NCBI GenBank assembly: GCA_021772535.1
Contig: JAJFLV010000004.1
Span: forward strand, 19,006-83,005
DNA from: Opitutales bacterium
Lineage (GTDB): Bacteria > Verrucomicrobiota > Verrucomicrobiia > Opitutales > UBA2987
Length of the DNA: 64,000 nucleotides
Direction of reading: 5' to 3'
Both the position numbers and the translations under genes were made by a program. This document shows positions 26,354 to 36,954 of the stretch, in pieces. Below the pieces are notes generated by a model. It searched no databases and was not told the origin of the DNA. It saw only the letters and a program-made list of their open reading frames with translations. How positions within the stretch are numbered: position 1 is the stretch's first letter; the number at the start of each line of letters is the position of its first letter.

Positions 26354-27133
26354 TCAAACCCGATTATCGCTCAACCCCAGGAGGCGTTCGGCGTTGTGCT
26401 GCAGTATCTGTTCTTTCTGCCCGGGTTCAATGTTGGCTCCCAAAACGCGGCCCAATTGGGATGGAAAATCACGGATGGGAATGTCCGAGCCATAGAGAAT
26501 GCGGTCAACCCCCAATTTTCCGACGGCATACTCCACGATTCCGGAAAAAGGCTGGGACCCAGAAGTGTCGGTGTAAATGTTGGGAAAATCACGGATCGTT
26601 TGCACCCCGCGCAGACCGCAAGCCGTCAGGTGTGCCATGACGATATTGACCCTGGGAAAACGTCGGGCCATAACTGCTACATCGGCTGGATCGGTCTGGT
26701 GACGGCGATTACCAATAATAGTGGTATCCCAGGCATGTTGTAACAAAGGAACATTGAGAGCCTCAGCCAGCTCAAGAACAGGATTTACACGCCGGTCGCT
26801 TCCGTTAACGGCAATTTCCAACTTGATCCCCCTCATGCCGTTGCAGGTGATGCAGCGTTCCGTCTCCTCTTTTAAGAAAGCTTTGTCATGGAGAGGATTG
26901 AGGTGGCAAAAACCGATCACGACACCTGGAAACCAACCCATCAAAGTCAGGGTATCATCGTTGATGGCGCGGATTTCATCCCGGTTCGGTGTGACGCCGT
27001 AGCGGACGACGTCCCCCAGGACCACCAATTTCTCAATTCCGTGGCGTTTCGCCTGAGTTAATATCGGGCTGACCGATTCCCTGGTGGCGGGCGAGCCCTT
27101 TAAGCATAGGTGTGTATGGAAATCAATAATCAA
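26354..27133 (-). CDS. Amidohydrolase-2 / TIM-barrel metal-dependent hydrolase family protein
   Basis: 259 aa. The N-terminal MIIDFHTHL and overall pattern are typical of PF04909-like hydrolases. It appears to use a TTG start. Confidence 0.6.
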   Translation of the reverse strand: MIIDFHTHLCLKGSPATRESVSPILTQAKRHGIEKLVVLGDVVRYGVTPNRDEIRAINDDTLTLMGWFPGVVIGFCHLNPLHDKAFLKEETERCITCNGMRGIKLEIAVNGSDRRVNPVLELAEALNVPLLQHAWDTTIIGNRRHQTDPADVAVMARRFPRVNIVMAHLTACGLRGVQTIRDFPNIYTDTSGSQPFSGIVEYAVGKLGVDRILYGSDIPIRDFPSQLGRVLGANIEPGQKEQILQHNAERLLGLSDNRV

Positions 27134-27248
27134 AGCTGGGTGTCAATTTTGCATCAACCAAAAGTGAAAGGGAATCACAAATGCCATCAACCGATTGTAA
27201 TTCTCCAGTGTTTATGCTAATAATTACGGGGCAATCGAAATTTCTTTC

Positions 27249-28499
27249 GTGAAGGCAAACGAGAAACTCAAAGGCGCAGAACTTCCAGCCATCGAGGGCG
27301 GTTCCCCGGCCTTGGATAATTGGCCCCCGCATCCCCAGCGATGGGGACAGCCGGAGCTGGCACGGCTGTCGCAAATGACCGGGCAGTCTTCCCTCTTTTA
27401 CTGGAATGGCCCGCAAACCGCGGCTATGACGGAAGCCTTTCAGGGACACTATCCATTGCGGCATGTCATGCCGTGTTCCTCCGGCACGGCGGCTCTACAC
27501 ATCGCGGTGACCGCTGGCGGCGTTGGGCCTGGCGATGAGGTCATCGTTCCGCCACTTACGGATATGGGATCACTGATTGGAATTCTCTACCAGCAGGCCG
27601 TTCCTGTTTTCGCGGATGTGGAACCGTATTCATGCAACTTGAGAGTGAGCGATACGGAAAAAAAGCTGACCTCCCGGACAAAAGCCATAATGCCCGTCCA
27701 CTTTGGTGGGAATCCTTGCGATATGGACGGGTTTGAGGAACTCGCTTCGCGGCATAGCCTCATTCTAATTGAAGATTGCGCTCAATCCTGGGGAGCTTTA
27801 AGCAAAGGGCGGCCTGTGGGCACGATGGGCTCAATCGGCTGTTACTCACTCAATGATTTCAAACATTTGAGTTGTGGAGACGGAGGTATCGCGGCGACCG
27901 ACGACGATGAAATCGGGGCCCGCCTGCAACCCTGCGGAGACAAAGGTTACGACCGCCTGAAGGGAGTGCGAAACCCCGAATTTTTGGCGCCGAACTACCG
28001 CATGTCCGAGCCTCAAGCTGCCGTCTCCACCGCTCAAATGGAACGCCTACCAATGATTGCGCAGAACCGTCAGCGCATCGGCACCCGTTTGAACGAACGC
28101 CTGGGGGACCTGCCGGGGTTTCATCCGCCACAGGTAGATCCGGAGGATTATTGCACTTTCTGGTTTTACCTTTTTCGAATCGACCCCCACAGTTTTCGCT
28201 GTTCCCGCGACGAATTGGTAAGCGCCCTCAAGGCAGAGGGCGTCAAAGCCAAAGCGAGTTATACCAAAGTTCCCGTTTACCGGTGGCCGGTTTTTCAGAA
28301 TCACGCCTTTTTCGGTGGACGCTGGCCGTTAAAAGAAATGGGTTTGACGGGGATGGATTACCGGGAGGTTTGTTGCCCGGTGGCGGAGGATATTCTAAAA
28401 ACATCCATTCGGGTGAGTGTTCACGAAGGGATGGACGATTCTTTCGTCGATCAGCTTGCCGACGCTATCGAAAAGGTGGTGCGCTACTACGCCGTTTGA
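27249..28499 (+). CDS. DegT/DnrJ/EryC1/StrS-family PLP-dependent aminotransferase
   Basis: 416 aa. CSSGTAALHIAV, LIEDCAQSWGA and the lysine region FKHLSCGDGG are typical of sugar aminotransferases. GTG start. Confidence 0.75.
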   Translation: MKANEKLKGAELPAIEGGSPALDNWPPHPQRWGQPELARLSQMTGQSSLFYWNGPQTAAMTEAFQGHYPLRHVMPCSSGTAALHIAVTAGGVGPGDEVIVPPLTDMGSLIGILYQQAVPVFADVEPYSCNLRVSDTEKKLTSRTKAIMPVHFGGNPCDMDGFEELASRHSLILIEDCAQSWGALSKGRPVGTMGSIGCYSLNDFKHLSCGDGGIAATDDDEIGARLQPCGDKGYDRLKGVRNPEFLAPNYRMSEPQAAVSTAQMERLPMIAQNRQRIGTRLNERLGDLPGFHPPQVDPEDYCTFWFYLFRIDPHSFRCSRDELVSALKAEGVKAKASYTKVPVYRWPVFQNHAFFGGRWPLKEMGLTGMDYREVCCPVAEDILKTSIRVSVHEGMDDSFVDQLADAIEKVVRYYAV

Positions 28500-28507
28500 G
28501 ATAGGTT

Positions 28508-30052
28508 CTAATAAAAAAGATTGCGATCCAGGCTGCGGTATTGGATGGCCTCGAGCAGGTGTGGCGCTTCGATCGTTTCCGAACCGGCCAGATCGGCGAT
28601 GGTGCGGGATACTTTGAGGATGCGGTCATAGGCCCGGGCGGAAAGATGCAATTGCTCCATGGCCTGCTGCAACAAATCGCCCGAGGTGGAGCTGATCCGG
28701 CAGTTTTTCTTCAGAAGAGCTTGGTTCATGCGGCCATTGCAGTGGGTCTTGCTTTTGTTGAATCGTTTTTGCTGAATCTTTCTCGATTCACCAATGCGGG
28801 ATCGTAAAGGTCCAGAGCTTTCCGCCGGGCTGTCTTTTCGCAATTCTCTAATGGAGAGGGAAGGAGCCTCCACATGGAGATCGATGCGGTCCAGCAGGGG
28901 ACCGCTGATTCGCGCCCGGTAACGCTGGACTTGGGGCGGTGTGCAGCGGCACTCCCTGCGGGGATCCCCCAGATAACCGCAGGGGCACGGATTCATGGCG
29001 GCCACCAGCATGAAGGAGCAGGGCAGGGTGATTTTCCCCGCGCTGCGGGAAATGGTGACATGTCCGTCTTCCAGTGGCTGTCGAAGGACTTCCAGGGCGG
29101 AGCGTTTAAACTCGGGTAATTCATCCAGAAAGAGAACCCCATGGTGGGCCAGGGAGATTTCCCCGGGACCGGGTATAGCGCCTCCTCCCAGCAATCCAAC
29201 ATCGCTGATGGTATGGTGGGGCGATCTGAAGGGCCGCTGAAAGGATTTCAGTTTCTCATTCAAGGTATTTCCGGAGGCTGAGTGGATGCTCAGTATTTCC
29301 AAAAATTCTTCTATTGAAGGTTCCGGGAAGATAGTGGGAATCCGTTTAGCGATCATCGACTTGCCAGAGCCGGGTGGACCGATCATAAGCAGATTATGGC
29401 CGCCGGCCACGGCTACTTCGACTGCCCGGCGTACATTGTGCTGGCCTTTGATCTCTGAAAAATCAAGGTCGTAACCGGCCGGTTCATTAGGCTGTCCCTG
29501 ACCGGCAAAAAGAGTGGGCCTGATTCGAGGCAGCATTTTTTTACCGGAAAGGAACTGAACCGCTTCGTCCAGGGATTGGACTTTATAGACCGGCTGGTCT
29601 TCGACCAGGGCCGCTTCCTCTGCCGAAATCGGAGGCAGGACAAGGCCGGATTTCCCTTCTTTTTTGGCCAGCAAAGCGAGGGAGAGAGCCCCTTTGACGG
29701 GCCGCGTCCGGCCCGAAAGGCCGAGTTCTCCCCCAATCAAATAGTCTCCCAATCGAGGGGCTTCCAACTGACCGGTGGAAGCCAGGATGCCCAAGGCGAT
29801 GGGTAGATCGTAAACGGGACCTTCCTTGCGGATGCTGCCGGGGGCCAGGTTGATGGTTGTGCGAGTTGTCGGCACGCGCCAGCCGCTGTTGGTAATGGCC
29901 GAAACCACGCGGTCATTGGACTCTTTGACTGCCGCTCCCGGCAAACCAACCAGAATCATGCGGGGTTCGCCACTTTCCCCTGTGTTTACCTCCACTTGCA
30001 CAGGAATCGCATCAATTCCTTGCAGGGCTCCCGATGAAACTACCGCCAGCAT
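28508..30052 (-). CDS. comM: YifB/ComM-family Mg-chelatase-like AAA+ ATPase
   Basis: 514 aa. N-terminal Lon-protease-like ChlI region, Walker [20 protein letters not shown]-terminal [17 protein letters not shown]. Confidence 0.85.
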   Translation of the reverse strand: MLAVVSSGALQGIDAIPVQVEVNTGESGEPRMILVGLPGAAVKESNDRVVSAITNSGWRVPTTRTTINLAPGSIRKEGPVYDLPIALGILASTGQLEAPRLGDYLIGGELGLSGRTRPVKGALSLALLAKKEGKSGLVLPPISAEEAALVEDQPVYKVQSLDEAVQFLSGKKMLPRIRPTLFAGQGQPNEPAGYDLDFSEIKGQHNVRRAVEVAVAGGHNLLMIGPPGSGKSMIAKRIPTIFPEPSIEEFLEILSIHSASGNTLNEKLKSFQRPFRSPHHTISDVGLLGGGAIPGPGEISLAHHGVLFLDELPEFKRSALEVLRQPLEDGHVTISRSAGKITLPCSFMLVAAMNPCPCGYLGDPRRECRCTPPQVQRYRARISGPLLDRIDLHVEAPSLSIRELRKDSPAESSGPLRSRIGESRKIQQKRFNKSKTHCNGRMNQALLKKNCRISSTSGDLLQQAMEQLHLSARAYDRILKVSRTIADLAGSETIEAPHLLEAIQYRSLDRNLFY

Positions 30053-30114
30053 AAAGCGGGTTTATTTAACGGGACAAAGAAACGTCTGTCTATATTTAAA
30101 AATTCGACCTCGAA

Positions 30115-30987
30115 TCAGGCCGTTATCCCCATCATCTCTTTGACGGTTTCCACATTGGCTTCAATTTCCTTCTCGTAGGGGTTAATCCCCTCGGGATAAG
30201 GTTCAGCCAGGTATTTGTAGAGGGAACCGCAGTCGTTTTCGAGTTTGGGTATGACGATATTGGTCCAGAAAAAAGGTGTTCCCCGGAGCAATTCGTCACA
30301 GCTTTTGAAAATACGATCCTCTTTGGCGATATTGCGAAAGTCATCGGATTCCTCAAATTCCAGGTAGAGGACGGGCAATTTTTTGATGTATTTTGGATCG
30401 CTCATCTGTCCCAGATAATCGGCCGTGCAGACTGCCATTCCCATGATTTTCTCCAGTTTGTTGTAAAATGGGATGGCATCGATAAGGCTCCTGGGTCCGG
30501 TGCAGCTGATCAGGTGCTGGACGGCAAAGATGCTTTTTTTTGGCCAACCCTGCTCTTCCAGGTACATATCGGCAAATTCGCAACTGCGTCTTTCATGCAC
30601 AAAAGTGAATTTAGCGCCGGTCCCCTCCAGGTCATCCTCTTCCTTGAGGTAGCCGACATCATGCATAAGAATGCCGACGAAGCCGACCTGGAAATCCCGC
30701 GGGGTCATCATGGGCTCAATTTTGAGCCGATGCCGGTTGGCCATCAGACGGACCCAGCACAAGGTCGCTTGCAGAGTATGTTCCAGGTCGTGGTAAACGG
30801 TATCCATTGCCTGGTAGTGGGGATATTTACCCATGAACATCCCGGCCACATCCTTGAAATATTGCGGGATATACTCGCAGGCGGAGCCCTTTTCCGGAAA
30901 AATTTCCTTATGGATTTCGACAACAACTTTGGCCACAGCTTTGTGGTCTAAAGTATCAGTATCCTCAAGCCTATACTTCGGTTCCAT
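30115..30987 (-). CDS. HD-domain-like metal-dependent phosphohydrolase (hypothetical)
   Basis: 290 aa. YHDLEHTLQ ... GILMHDVGY resembles the H...HD motif pair. Confidence 0.45.
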   Translation of the reverse strand: MEPKYRLEDTDTLDHKAVAKVVVEIHKEIFPEKGSACEYIPQYFKDVAGMFMGKYPHYQAMDTVYHDLEHTLQATLCWVRLMANRHRLKIEPMMTPRDFQVGFVGILMHDVGYLKEEDDLEGTGAKFTFVHERRSCEFADMYLEEQGWPKKSIFAVQHLISCTGPRSLIDAIPFYNKLEKIMGMAVCTADYLGQMSDPKYIKKLPVLYLEFEESDDFRNIAKEDRIFKSCDELLRGTPFFWTNIVIPKLENDCGSLYKYLAEPYPEGINPYEKEIEANVETVKEMMGITA

Positions 30988-31405
30988 TCTTTCGCCCCAA
31001 AAACCTCAAATTCAATAACGGTAGTAGTATCCGATTATGATGGAGATTATATTGCAAAAGGCAATGAATTTTTCCGATCAAGTGATTGATTGCTTTTGAT
31101 TTCCCGATTGACGCAATCCGCTCAGCCTTTATGGTTTAGGGAAAATTGTCTTTACCCCAACATTTTTTCGGCAACATTTTTGGGGATTAAGTGTCCTCAA
31201 AGTATCGGCTATAGCTTGGTTTAGTGTTACCATGAGGAGTTGATAGAGCTTTTATTTATATAGAACGGATTTAATGTCCGGGTTGGGTGATTCGGAGGGC
31301 AGAATTTTGATTTGAGGCAACAACTATCGACTTCGGTATACTCATCCTCCATCGCTCATTTTTAACCTATTTCACCCTGGCGACAAAACCATCGAAGTAC
31401 CAACT

Positions 31406-31987
31406 ATGCGGATTGGACTAACCGGAGGCATCGGCAGCGGTAAATCCACGGTAGCCCAAATACTGGCCGAAGAGGGTGCGTTATGCATCGACTGCGACCG
31501 TATTGTGGCCGATCTGCTGGATACTGACAAGGAAGTGCGCGAAGCCCTTCGGAAACGATTTGGCTCCTCAGTCTATAAGCCAGAGGTAAAGGTTGACAGG
31601 ACCTTTCTTTCCGATATTGTATTCGATCATACTTCCCAAAGGATGTGGCTTGAAAATTTGCTGCACCCGCTAGTGCGGAAAAAATGGGAGGCACAATTGG
31701 CAAAGCATCCAGAAGCTTTTGCCGTTGTCGAAATTCCACTCCTTTTTGAAAAAAACCTTGAAAAAAACTTCCATTTCACTGTTTGTATATCAGCAAGCCT
31801 TTCTTCTCAATTGCGCAGGGGCAGGGCCAAGGGGCTGACCAGGCGCCAAGTTCTGGCCAGAATATCCCGGCAACTACCTCTTTCCGACAAAGTAAAGCGC
31901 GCTGATTTCGTGGTATCCAACAACGGCTCGACAGAGTTCCTTCGAAGTCAGATTTTGCTGCTCCGTCAACAATTACACATTACTTAA
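31406..31987 (+). CDS. coaE: Dephospho-CoA kinase
   Basis: MRIGLTGGIGSGKSTV P-loop, length 193 aa. Confidence 0.85.
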   Translation: MRIGLTGGIGSGKSTVAQILAEEGALCIDCDRIVADLLDTDKEVREALRKRFGSSVYKPEVKVDRTFLSDIVFDHTSQRMWLENLLHPLVRKKWEAQLAKHPEAFAVVEIPLLFEKNLEKNFHFTVCISASLSSQLRRGRAKGLTRRQVLARISRQLPLSDKVKRADFVVSNNGSTEFLRSQILLLRQQLHIT

Positions 31988-32070
31988 CTAAAGTAAGCAG
32001 CCAACATTAATGCCCTAAGCGTTAACCTGAGGGGATTCTCAGTTCCTCCAAACGCAGACCAGCCGCTATC

Positions 32071-33831
32071 ATGCCCGAATCACAAAATCAAGAAGCCTCC
32101 AGCCAATCCGTCGCTGCCATCGAAAAAGAGTCCACCGGCCAGCCGAGGGACGAAGTATCAAGCTACAAAACCGCCCCGAACAAGGAAGGGGGCGATACAA
32201 TGGCCGCGACAACGGACTCGGCCAACAAACCGCCTCGGGATACGACTGACGTTAACGATAAAAGTTCTCCCGAAGAGCAGCAATCCTACCGCGAACGTGC
32301 AAAACAGGGGGGCAAGGACCGCAACAGGCAACAGAAGGGACACCGGCCCAATAGTCAGAATTTTCAGAAGAAGTACCCTAAAAAGAAGCAGGCTCAGGGG
32401 ACCTTTGCCAAAAAGAAGAAAAAATCCTCTGACTTTCGGGGCAGGAATAATTTTTACGGCACGGTAGCGGGACCCACAATCAATGTCGGTAATCTGCTGG
32501 GCTTTGAACCGCTCAAGGACCTGGAACAAATGGCCGCCCTTTGCGGGGAAATTTCCGGAGGAGGCGAACCCTTGTTGCTCAACCCTCTCATGGCCATGCC
32601 TTTGACTCAACTAGTGGAAGAAGCCCATAGCCTCGGTGTGGAGATGAATTCCGCTCCCAATCGCAGCCATCTGATTGACAAGATTATGGAGCAGAGCAGC
32701 GAGCAAAAAATCCCCGTCATTATTGAGGGCGCTCTGGAGACGACCCAGGACGGTTACGGGCTTCTCGTCTATCAGACAGATAATTACAAGGTCAAGCCGC
32801 AGAATGCTTTCGTGCCCGAACCTCTCATCCGTAAATACGGCCTTACACGCGGTCATTTGGTGCAGGCGCAGGTGCATCCGCACCGTCCGGGGGAAACCTG
32901 CCCGTTTGTTCTTCGCATCAACAGTTTAATGGGGCATCCGCTTGAAGAGGACATACAGGTTGAGCCCTTCGAAGATCTGATTCCCTATTACCCTCTCGAA
33001 CGCATTCTCCTGGAAACCGAACCGGATGTAAAATGGGACAACCTTTCCATGCGGGTGGTGGACATGCTTACCCCCATCGGTTTTGGCCAGCGGGGGCTTA
33101 TTGTGGCGCCTCCCCGCACTGGCAAGACGGTAATTCTGCAATGTATCGCCAATTCTATCGCGCGCAATTACCCGGATGCCCATCTAATTGTCCTGCTGGT
33201 TGATGAAAGGCCGGAGGAAGTGACTGATTTTCAACGCCAGGTCATTGGTGAAGTGATCAGTTCCACTTTCGACCAGTCAGCCGAAAGCCATGTCCATGCG
33301 GCCGAAATGGTTATCGAAAAATCCCGCCGCATGGTGGAGGACGGACGCAAGGTGATCGTCCTGCTGGATTCCATTACCCGGCTCGCTCGTGCCTACAACA
33401 CCACCATGCCCAGCAGTGGAAAAATCCTTTCCGGCGGAGTCGAGGCCAGCGCCTTGCAAAAGCCGAAGCGCTTTTTCGGCTCCGCTCGCAATATCGAGAA
33501 TGGCGGAAGCCTGACCATCCTGGCAACCGCCCTTATTGAGACCGGCAGCCGCATGGATGAAGTTATTTTCGAGGAATTCAAAGGCACTGGAAACATGGAA
33601 CTGCATCTCGACCGGGCCCTTGTGGATAAGCGCATTTACCCGGCTATCAATCTCGAACAAAGCGGCACGCGCAAGGAAGAGCTGCTTTACCACCCCGAAG
33701 AAATGAATAAAATCTACTCCCTCCGGCGCGCCATGAAAGGGGTGCCATCTCCTGAAGCAATGGAATTGCTGATCCAGCGGGTAAAGAAAACAAAATCCAA
33801 TGCTGAATTCCTGATGGGTCTCAACCGATAG
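32071..33831 (+). CDS. rho: Transcription termination factor Rho with ~170-aa N-terminal extension
   Basis: Core motifs [26 protein letters not shown] and [12 protein letters not shown]. The canonical Rho_N helix region starts near residue 174 ([17 protein letters not shown]). Residues 1-125 are K/Q/R/S/D-rich low complexity. Confidence 0.9.
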   Translation: MPESQNQEASSQSVAAIEKESTGQPRDEVSSYKTAPNKEGGDTMAATTDSANKPPRDTTDVNDKSSPEEQQSYRERAKQGGKDRNRQQKGHRPNSQNFQKKYPKKKQAQGTFAKKKKKSSDFRGRNNFYGTVAGPTINVGNLLGFEPLKDLEQMAALCGEISGGGEPLLLNPLMAMPLTQLVEEAHSLGVEMNSAPNRSHLIDKIMEQSSEQKIPVIIEGALETTQDGYGLLVYQTDNYKVKPQNAFVPEPLIRKYGLTRGHLVQAQVHPHRPGETCPFVLRINSLMGHPLEEDIQVEPFEDLIPYYPLERILLETEPDVKWDNLSMRVVDMLTPIGFGQRGLIVAPPRTGKTVILQCIANSIARNYPDAHLIVLLVDERPEEVTDFQRQVIGEVISSTFDQSAESHVHAAEMVIEKSRRMVEDGRKVIVLLDSITRLARAYNTTMPSSGKILSGGVEASALQKPKRFFGSARNIENGGSLTILATALIETGSRMDEVIFEEFKGTGNMELHLDRALVDKRIYPAINLEQSGTRKEELLYHPEEMNKIYSLRRAMKGVPSPEAMELLIQRVKKTKSNAEFLMGLNR

Positions 33832-33885
33832 TCCTGATCCCCCGATGACCGGCGATAAGAAGCCGACCTTCTCAAATCACATAAT

Positions 33886-33941
33886 TCTTCCTCTTCATCC
33901 CTTAATTTCTTATGAAAGAATTGATTGCACAAATTAAGGGA
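33886..33941. repeat. Palindromic element downstream of rho (copy B of the repeated motif)
   Basis: An 11-bp perfect inverted repeat TCCCTTAATTT (33898-33908) / AAATTAAGGGA (33931-33941) with a 22-nt loop. The 5-prime flank TTCTTCCTCTTCA matches copy A. Confidence 0.6.
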
Positions 33942-34013
33942 AAGGCAAAGAGAGAGATGAAAATCACGATTTCTTTTTAAAGCTTCTTCCCTTCCAAGTA
34001 TGCACGCGCCTTT

Positions 34014-35774
34014 ATGAAGAACACCGGCGGGTCTATTAAACAGCTTCTCTTGGACAAAGGCCTGGTCTCGCCGGAGGCCCTCCAATTGTTGGAAGTCCGC
34101 TTAGAGCTAAAACGGGAAAACGAAAATCTACCTGGTGGGGACATTGAGGATTTTTTCAACTTGTTAGTGGAACAAGGGAAGATAAGGCGGCAGGATATCC
34201 TGCAAACCCTGGCGCAAGAGTTTCAGATGGAAACGATTACCCTGAACGACCTTCAGGCTAGTCCCGGGGCCTTGAAACGAGTTGGCAGGGATCTGGCGGA
34301 ACGTTATGGAGTAGTTCCACTCACTTGTGATGGGCACTGCCTTCAATTAGCCATTGGCGATCCCTTCGATCTGGATTCTCTCGATAACCTCAGCCACCTT
34401 CTCGGTTTGGCCATCGAGACCAAACTGGCTTGGCCCGGGGAAATACGGCAGGCAATTGAGCGATTCTATGCAGTCGGAGCTGATGAGCCTTCGGAGCGGC
34501 AAGCGGTTTTTACCGGGGACAACCTGAAGATTATGCAGGCGCCTTCTCTTCCTGCAAATATTTCCGGCAAGGACCCGAATCTCGGCGAAAGTGAAGCCCC
34601 CATAAACCGGTATGTGCAATGGCTGATCGCCAAGGCCCTCGATTTAAAAGCCTCCGACATCCACCTGGAACCCCTTGAAACATGCTTTCGGGTCCGCCTG
34701 CGGATCGATGGCTCCTTGCAGGAGATTGAAAATCCGCCCAAGCGTCTGCAATCAGTCATAATCTCGCGCCTTAAAATAATGGCCGATATCAGCATTGCCG
34801 AGAAACGACTTCCTCAGGATGGCCGCATTCTGGTCTCTTCCGGAAGTCGCCACATCGATCTGCGGGTTTCCACTCTTCCCACCGCTCATGGCGAGAGCGT
34901 CGTTATACGCATCCTGGACAAGGCGAATCTGCGTCTTGATCTGTCACGGCTGGGTTTTCGGCCCGAAGATTTGGAAAAAGTTAAAAAATTTCTCTCGCTC
35001 CCCGATGGCATGATTCTGGTCACTGGGCCGACCGGCTCGGGCAAGACGACCTCTCTATACTCCTTTCTCCACTCCATCAACCAGCCTGACCGCAAGATCA
35101 TTACGGTGGAGGATCCGGTTGAATATCAACTGAGCGGAATTAACCAGGTGCAGGTCAAAAAGGATGTCGGTCTGAACTTTGCATCGGCTTTGCGCTCCCT
35201 TCTGCGGCAGGCGCCGAACATAATTATGATAGGGGAGATCCGGGATCTGGAGACGGCGGAAATCGCCGTTCACGCCTCTCTTACCGGACACCTTGTATTC
35301 AGCACCTTGCATACCAACGATGCCGCGGCGGCCGTATCCCGGCTGGTCGATATCGGAATCAAGCCCTTCCTCGTTTCGGCTTCTCTGCGCGCGATTCTAG
35401 CACAGAGGCTATTGAGGCTTTTATGCCGAAATTGCCGGAGGCCCTTCGAGAACACGGTGGATGGCCTGGGAGTCGAGAAGGCCGGGCAAATCCCGTTCAC
35501 TCTTGGTCCCGGATGTTCCCAATGTTTCGGCCGCGGCTTTCTCGGAAGAATCGGGATTTTTGAAATTCTTGAAATTGGCGAAGAAATCCGCCAATTGATT
35601 TACCAGGAAGCTCCCTTGGCTGCAATTCGGAGCGCATGTCGTAAGTCGGGTCTTCGAGCCCTTTGGGAGGAAGGAATGAGAAAAGCGGCCGAAGGTTATA
35701 CCACCGTCGAGGAAGTCCTTGCCCTCACGGTTGGCGCGGGAAAAGACGAACATTCGAGTGTCTTTCGAGTTTGA
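34014..35774 (+). CDS. GspE/PilB-family secretion/pilus-assembly ATPase (paralog 1)
   Basis: 586 aa. T2SSE N-domain, Walker A GPTGSGKTT, Asp/His boxes (IMIGEIRDLETA, TGHLVFSTLHTND), tetracysteine CRNC...CSQC. Confidence 0.85.
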   Translation: MKNTGGSIKQLLLDKGLVSPEALQLLEVRLELKRENENLPGGDIEDFFNLLVEQGKIRRQDILQTLAQEFQMETITLNDLQASPGALKRVGRDLAERYGVVPLTCDGHCLQLAIGDPFDLDSLDNLSHLLGLAIETKLAWPGEIRQAIERFYAVGADEPSERQAVFTGDNLKIMQAPSLPANISGKDPNLGESEAPINRYVQWLIAKALDLKASDIHLEPLETCFRVRLRIDGSLQEIENPPKRLQSVIISRLKIMADISIAEKRLPQDGRILVSSGSRHIDLRVSTLPTAHGESVVIRILDKANLRLDLSRLGFRPEDLEKVKKFLSLPDGMILVTGPTGSGKTTSLYSFLHSINQPDRKIITVEDPVEYQLSGINQVQVKKDVGLNFASALRSLLRQAPNIIMIGEIRDLETAEIAVHASLTGHLVFSTLHTNDAAAAVSRLVDIGIKPFLVSASLRAILAQRLLRLLCRNCRRPFENTVDGLGVEKAGQIPFTLGPGCSQCFGRGFLGRIGIFEILEIGEEIRQLIYQEAPLAAIRSACRKSGLRALWEEGMRKAAEGYTTVEEVLALTVGAGKDEHSSVFRV

Positions 35775-35834
35775 CTATCCCGCCCTCATCGGGCATTAAC
35801 AACATAAGCTAAACTTTTATCAAAAGGAGACACC

Positions 35835-36914
35835 ATGAGCTATGAAATGAATGACTTGTTGGATTTAATGGTGGACTCGGGCGCGTCCGATTTGCACCTA
35901 CAGGTGGGCCAACCTCCGACATTGCGCATGTCCGGTACTATGACGCCTGTTGACGGACCGAATCTGGAGCCACTGGACACTGAGGATCTGATGAAATCGA
36001 TTGCCTCAGAAGGACACCAGGAAAAAGCCAAAACCGTAGGCGGAGTAGACTTCGGTTTCGCATTTATGGGTAAGGCCCGGTTCCGTGTCAGCGTGCTCAA
36101 GTCCAAGGGTAATTACGGAATTGTCCTGCGGCAGATTCCCAACAAAATGTTCGGTCTCCGCGAGGTTGGCCTGCCGGAGAAAATAAAGGAGCTGCTCTGC
36201 CGGCCTCGAGGTCTTATCCTGGTTACCGGTCCGACCGGTTCGGGCAAGTCAACCACTCTCGCCTCAATGGTCAATTGGATCAATGAAAACCGCGATGGAC
36301 ACATTATCACTATCGAGGACCCCATCGAGTATTATCATAATCATAAGAAATGCATCATGACGCAAAGGGAGGTAGGGATCGATGTGCAATCCTTTGCCGA
36401 TGCCATCCACGGCGCTTTGCGGCAAGATCCGGATGTAATTCTGGTGGGGGAAATGCGCGACCTGGAAACAATCGAGGCCGCCATTAGCGCGGCTGAAACT
36501 GGCCACCTGGTTTTCGGAACCTTGCACACAACAGGAGCGGCCCGAACCGTTGATCGTATTGTTGACGCCTTTCCGGCCAGCTCGAAGGATCAGATTCGCA
36601 CCCAATTGGGTTCCGGAATTGTGGCGGTTATTTCCCAGGTTTTGTGCAAAAAGATCGGCGGCGGGCGTATAGCCGGTTACGAGATCATGATTGCCACCAC
36701 TTCCATACAATCTTTGATCCGGGAAAATAAGACTTATCGCATCCAGTCCGATATTCAAACCGGTGCTCAATTAGGGATGATTTCCATGGATGCTCATTTG
36801 ATGAGCCTTGTTAACCGAGACCTGATCGACCCCCAAGAAGCTCTCGAAAAAGCCCAGGCGCCGGAGTCAATGAAAGAGAGTTTGCGAGCTTCCGGTGTCG
36901 AGATTCCCGAATAG
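35835..36914 (+). CDS. pilT: Type IV pilus retraction ATPase PilT
   Basis: 359 aa. [45 protein letters not shown], and a PilT-type C-terminus. Confidence 0.85.
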   Translation: MSYEMNDLLDLMVDSGASDLHLQVGQPPTLRMSGTMTPVDGPNLEPLDTEDLMKSIASEGHQEKAKTVGGVDFGFAFMGKARFRVSVLKSKGNYGIVLRQIPNKMFGLREVGLPEKIKELLCRPRGLILVTGPTGSGKSTTLASMVNWINENRDGHIITIEDPIEYYHNHKKCIMTQREVGIDVQSFADAIHGALRQDPDVILVGEMRDLETIEAAISAAETGHLVFGTLHTTGAARTVDRIVDAFPASSKDQIRTQLGSGIVAVISQVLCKKIGGGRIAGYEIMIATTSIQSLIRENKTYRIQSDIQTGAQLGMISMDAHLMSLVNRDLIDPQEALEKAQAPESMKESLRASGVEIPE

Positions 36915-36954
36915 GGTTGATTGTTGCTTTCTTAAAATTCTCCCCACCGGCAGT

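Noticed and set aside
27152-27192. Direct repeat CATCAACC (27152-27159 and 27185-27192) in the amidohydrolase-2/DegT divergent region
   Set aside because: An 8-mer repeated once within 115 bp is only mildly unlikely. No palindromic character or further copies were noticed.
31108-31405. Possible sigma70 promoter TTGACG-N16-TATGGT (31108-31135) giving a ~265-nt leader or sRNA upstream of coaE, plus small hairpins in the 418-bp intergenic region
   Set aside because: The -10 box is weak, the hairpins are short (4-6 bp), and I see no terminator or conserved-looking structure. The evidence is insufficient for a feature call. The long spacer may simply hold divergent promoters for coaE and the HD-protein gene.
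33912-33980. 22-codon ORF MKELIAQIKGKAKREMKITISF inside the hairpin loop and arm downstream of rho
   Set aside because: It has no ribosome-binding site. It starts in the loop of the 11-bp inverted repeat, and the equivalent position in the other copy of the element has no ORF.
34014-34250. Possible MshEN-type c-di-GMP-binding motifs in the N-terminus of PilB/GspE paralog 1 (LLLDKGLVSPEALQLL; LLVEQGKIRRQDILQTLAQ)
   Set aside because: The hydrophobic spacing is similar, but the conserved RLG core is absent in both repeats. The resemblance is too weak to claim without a profile search.
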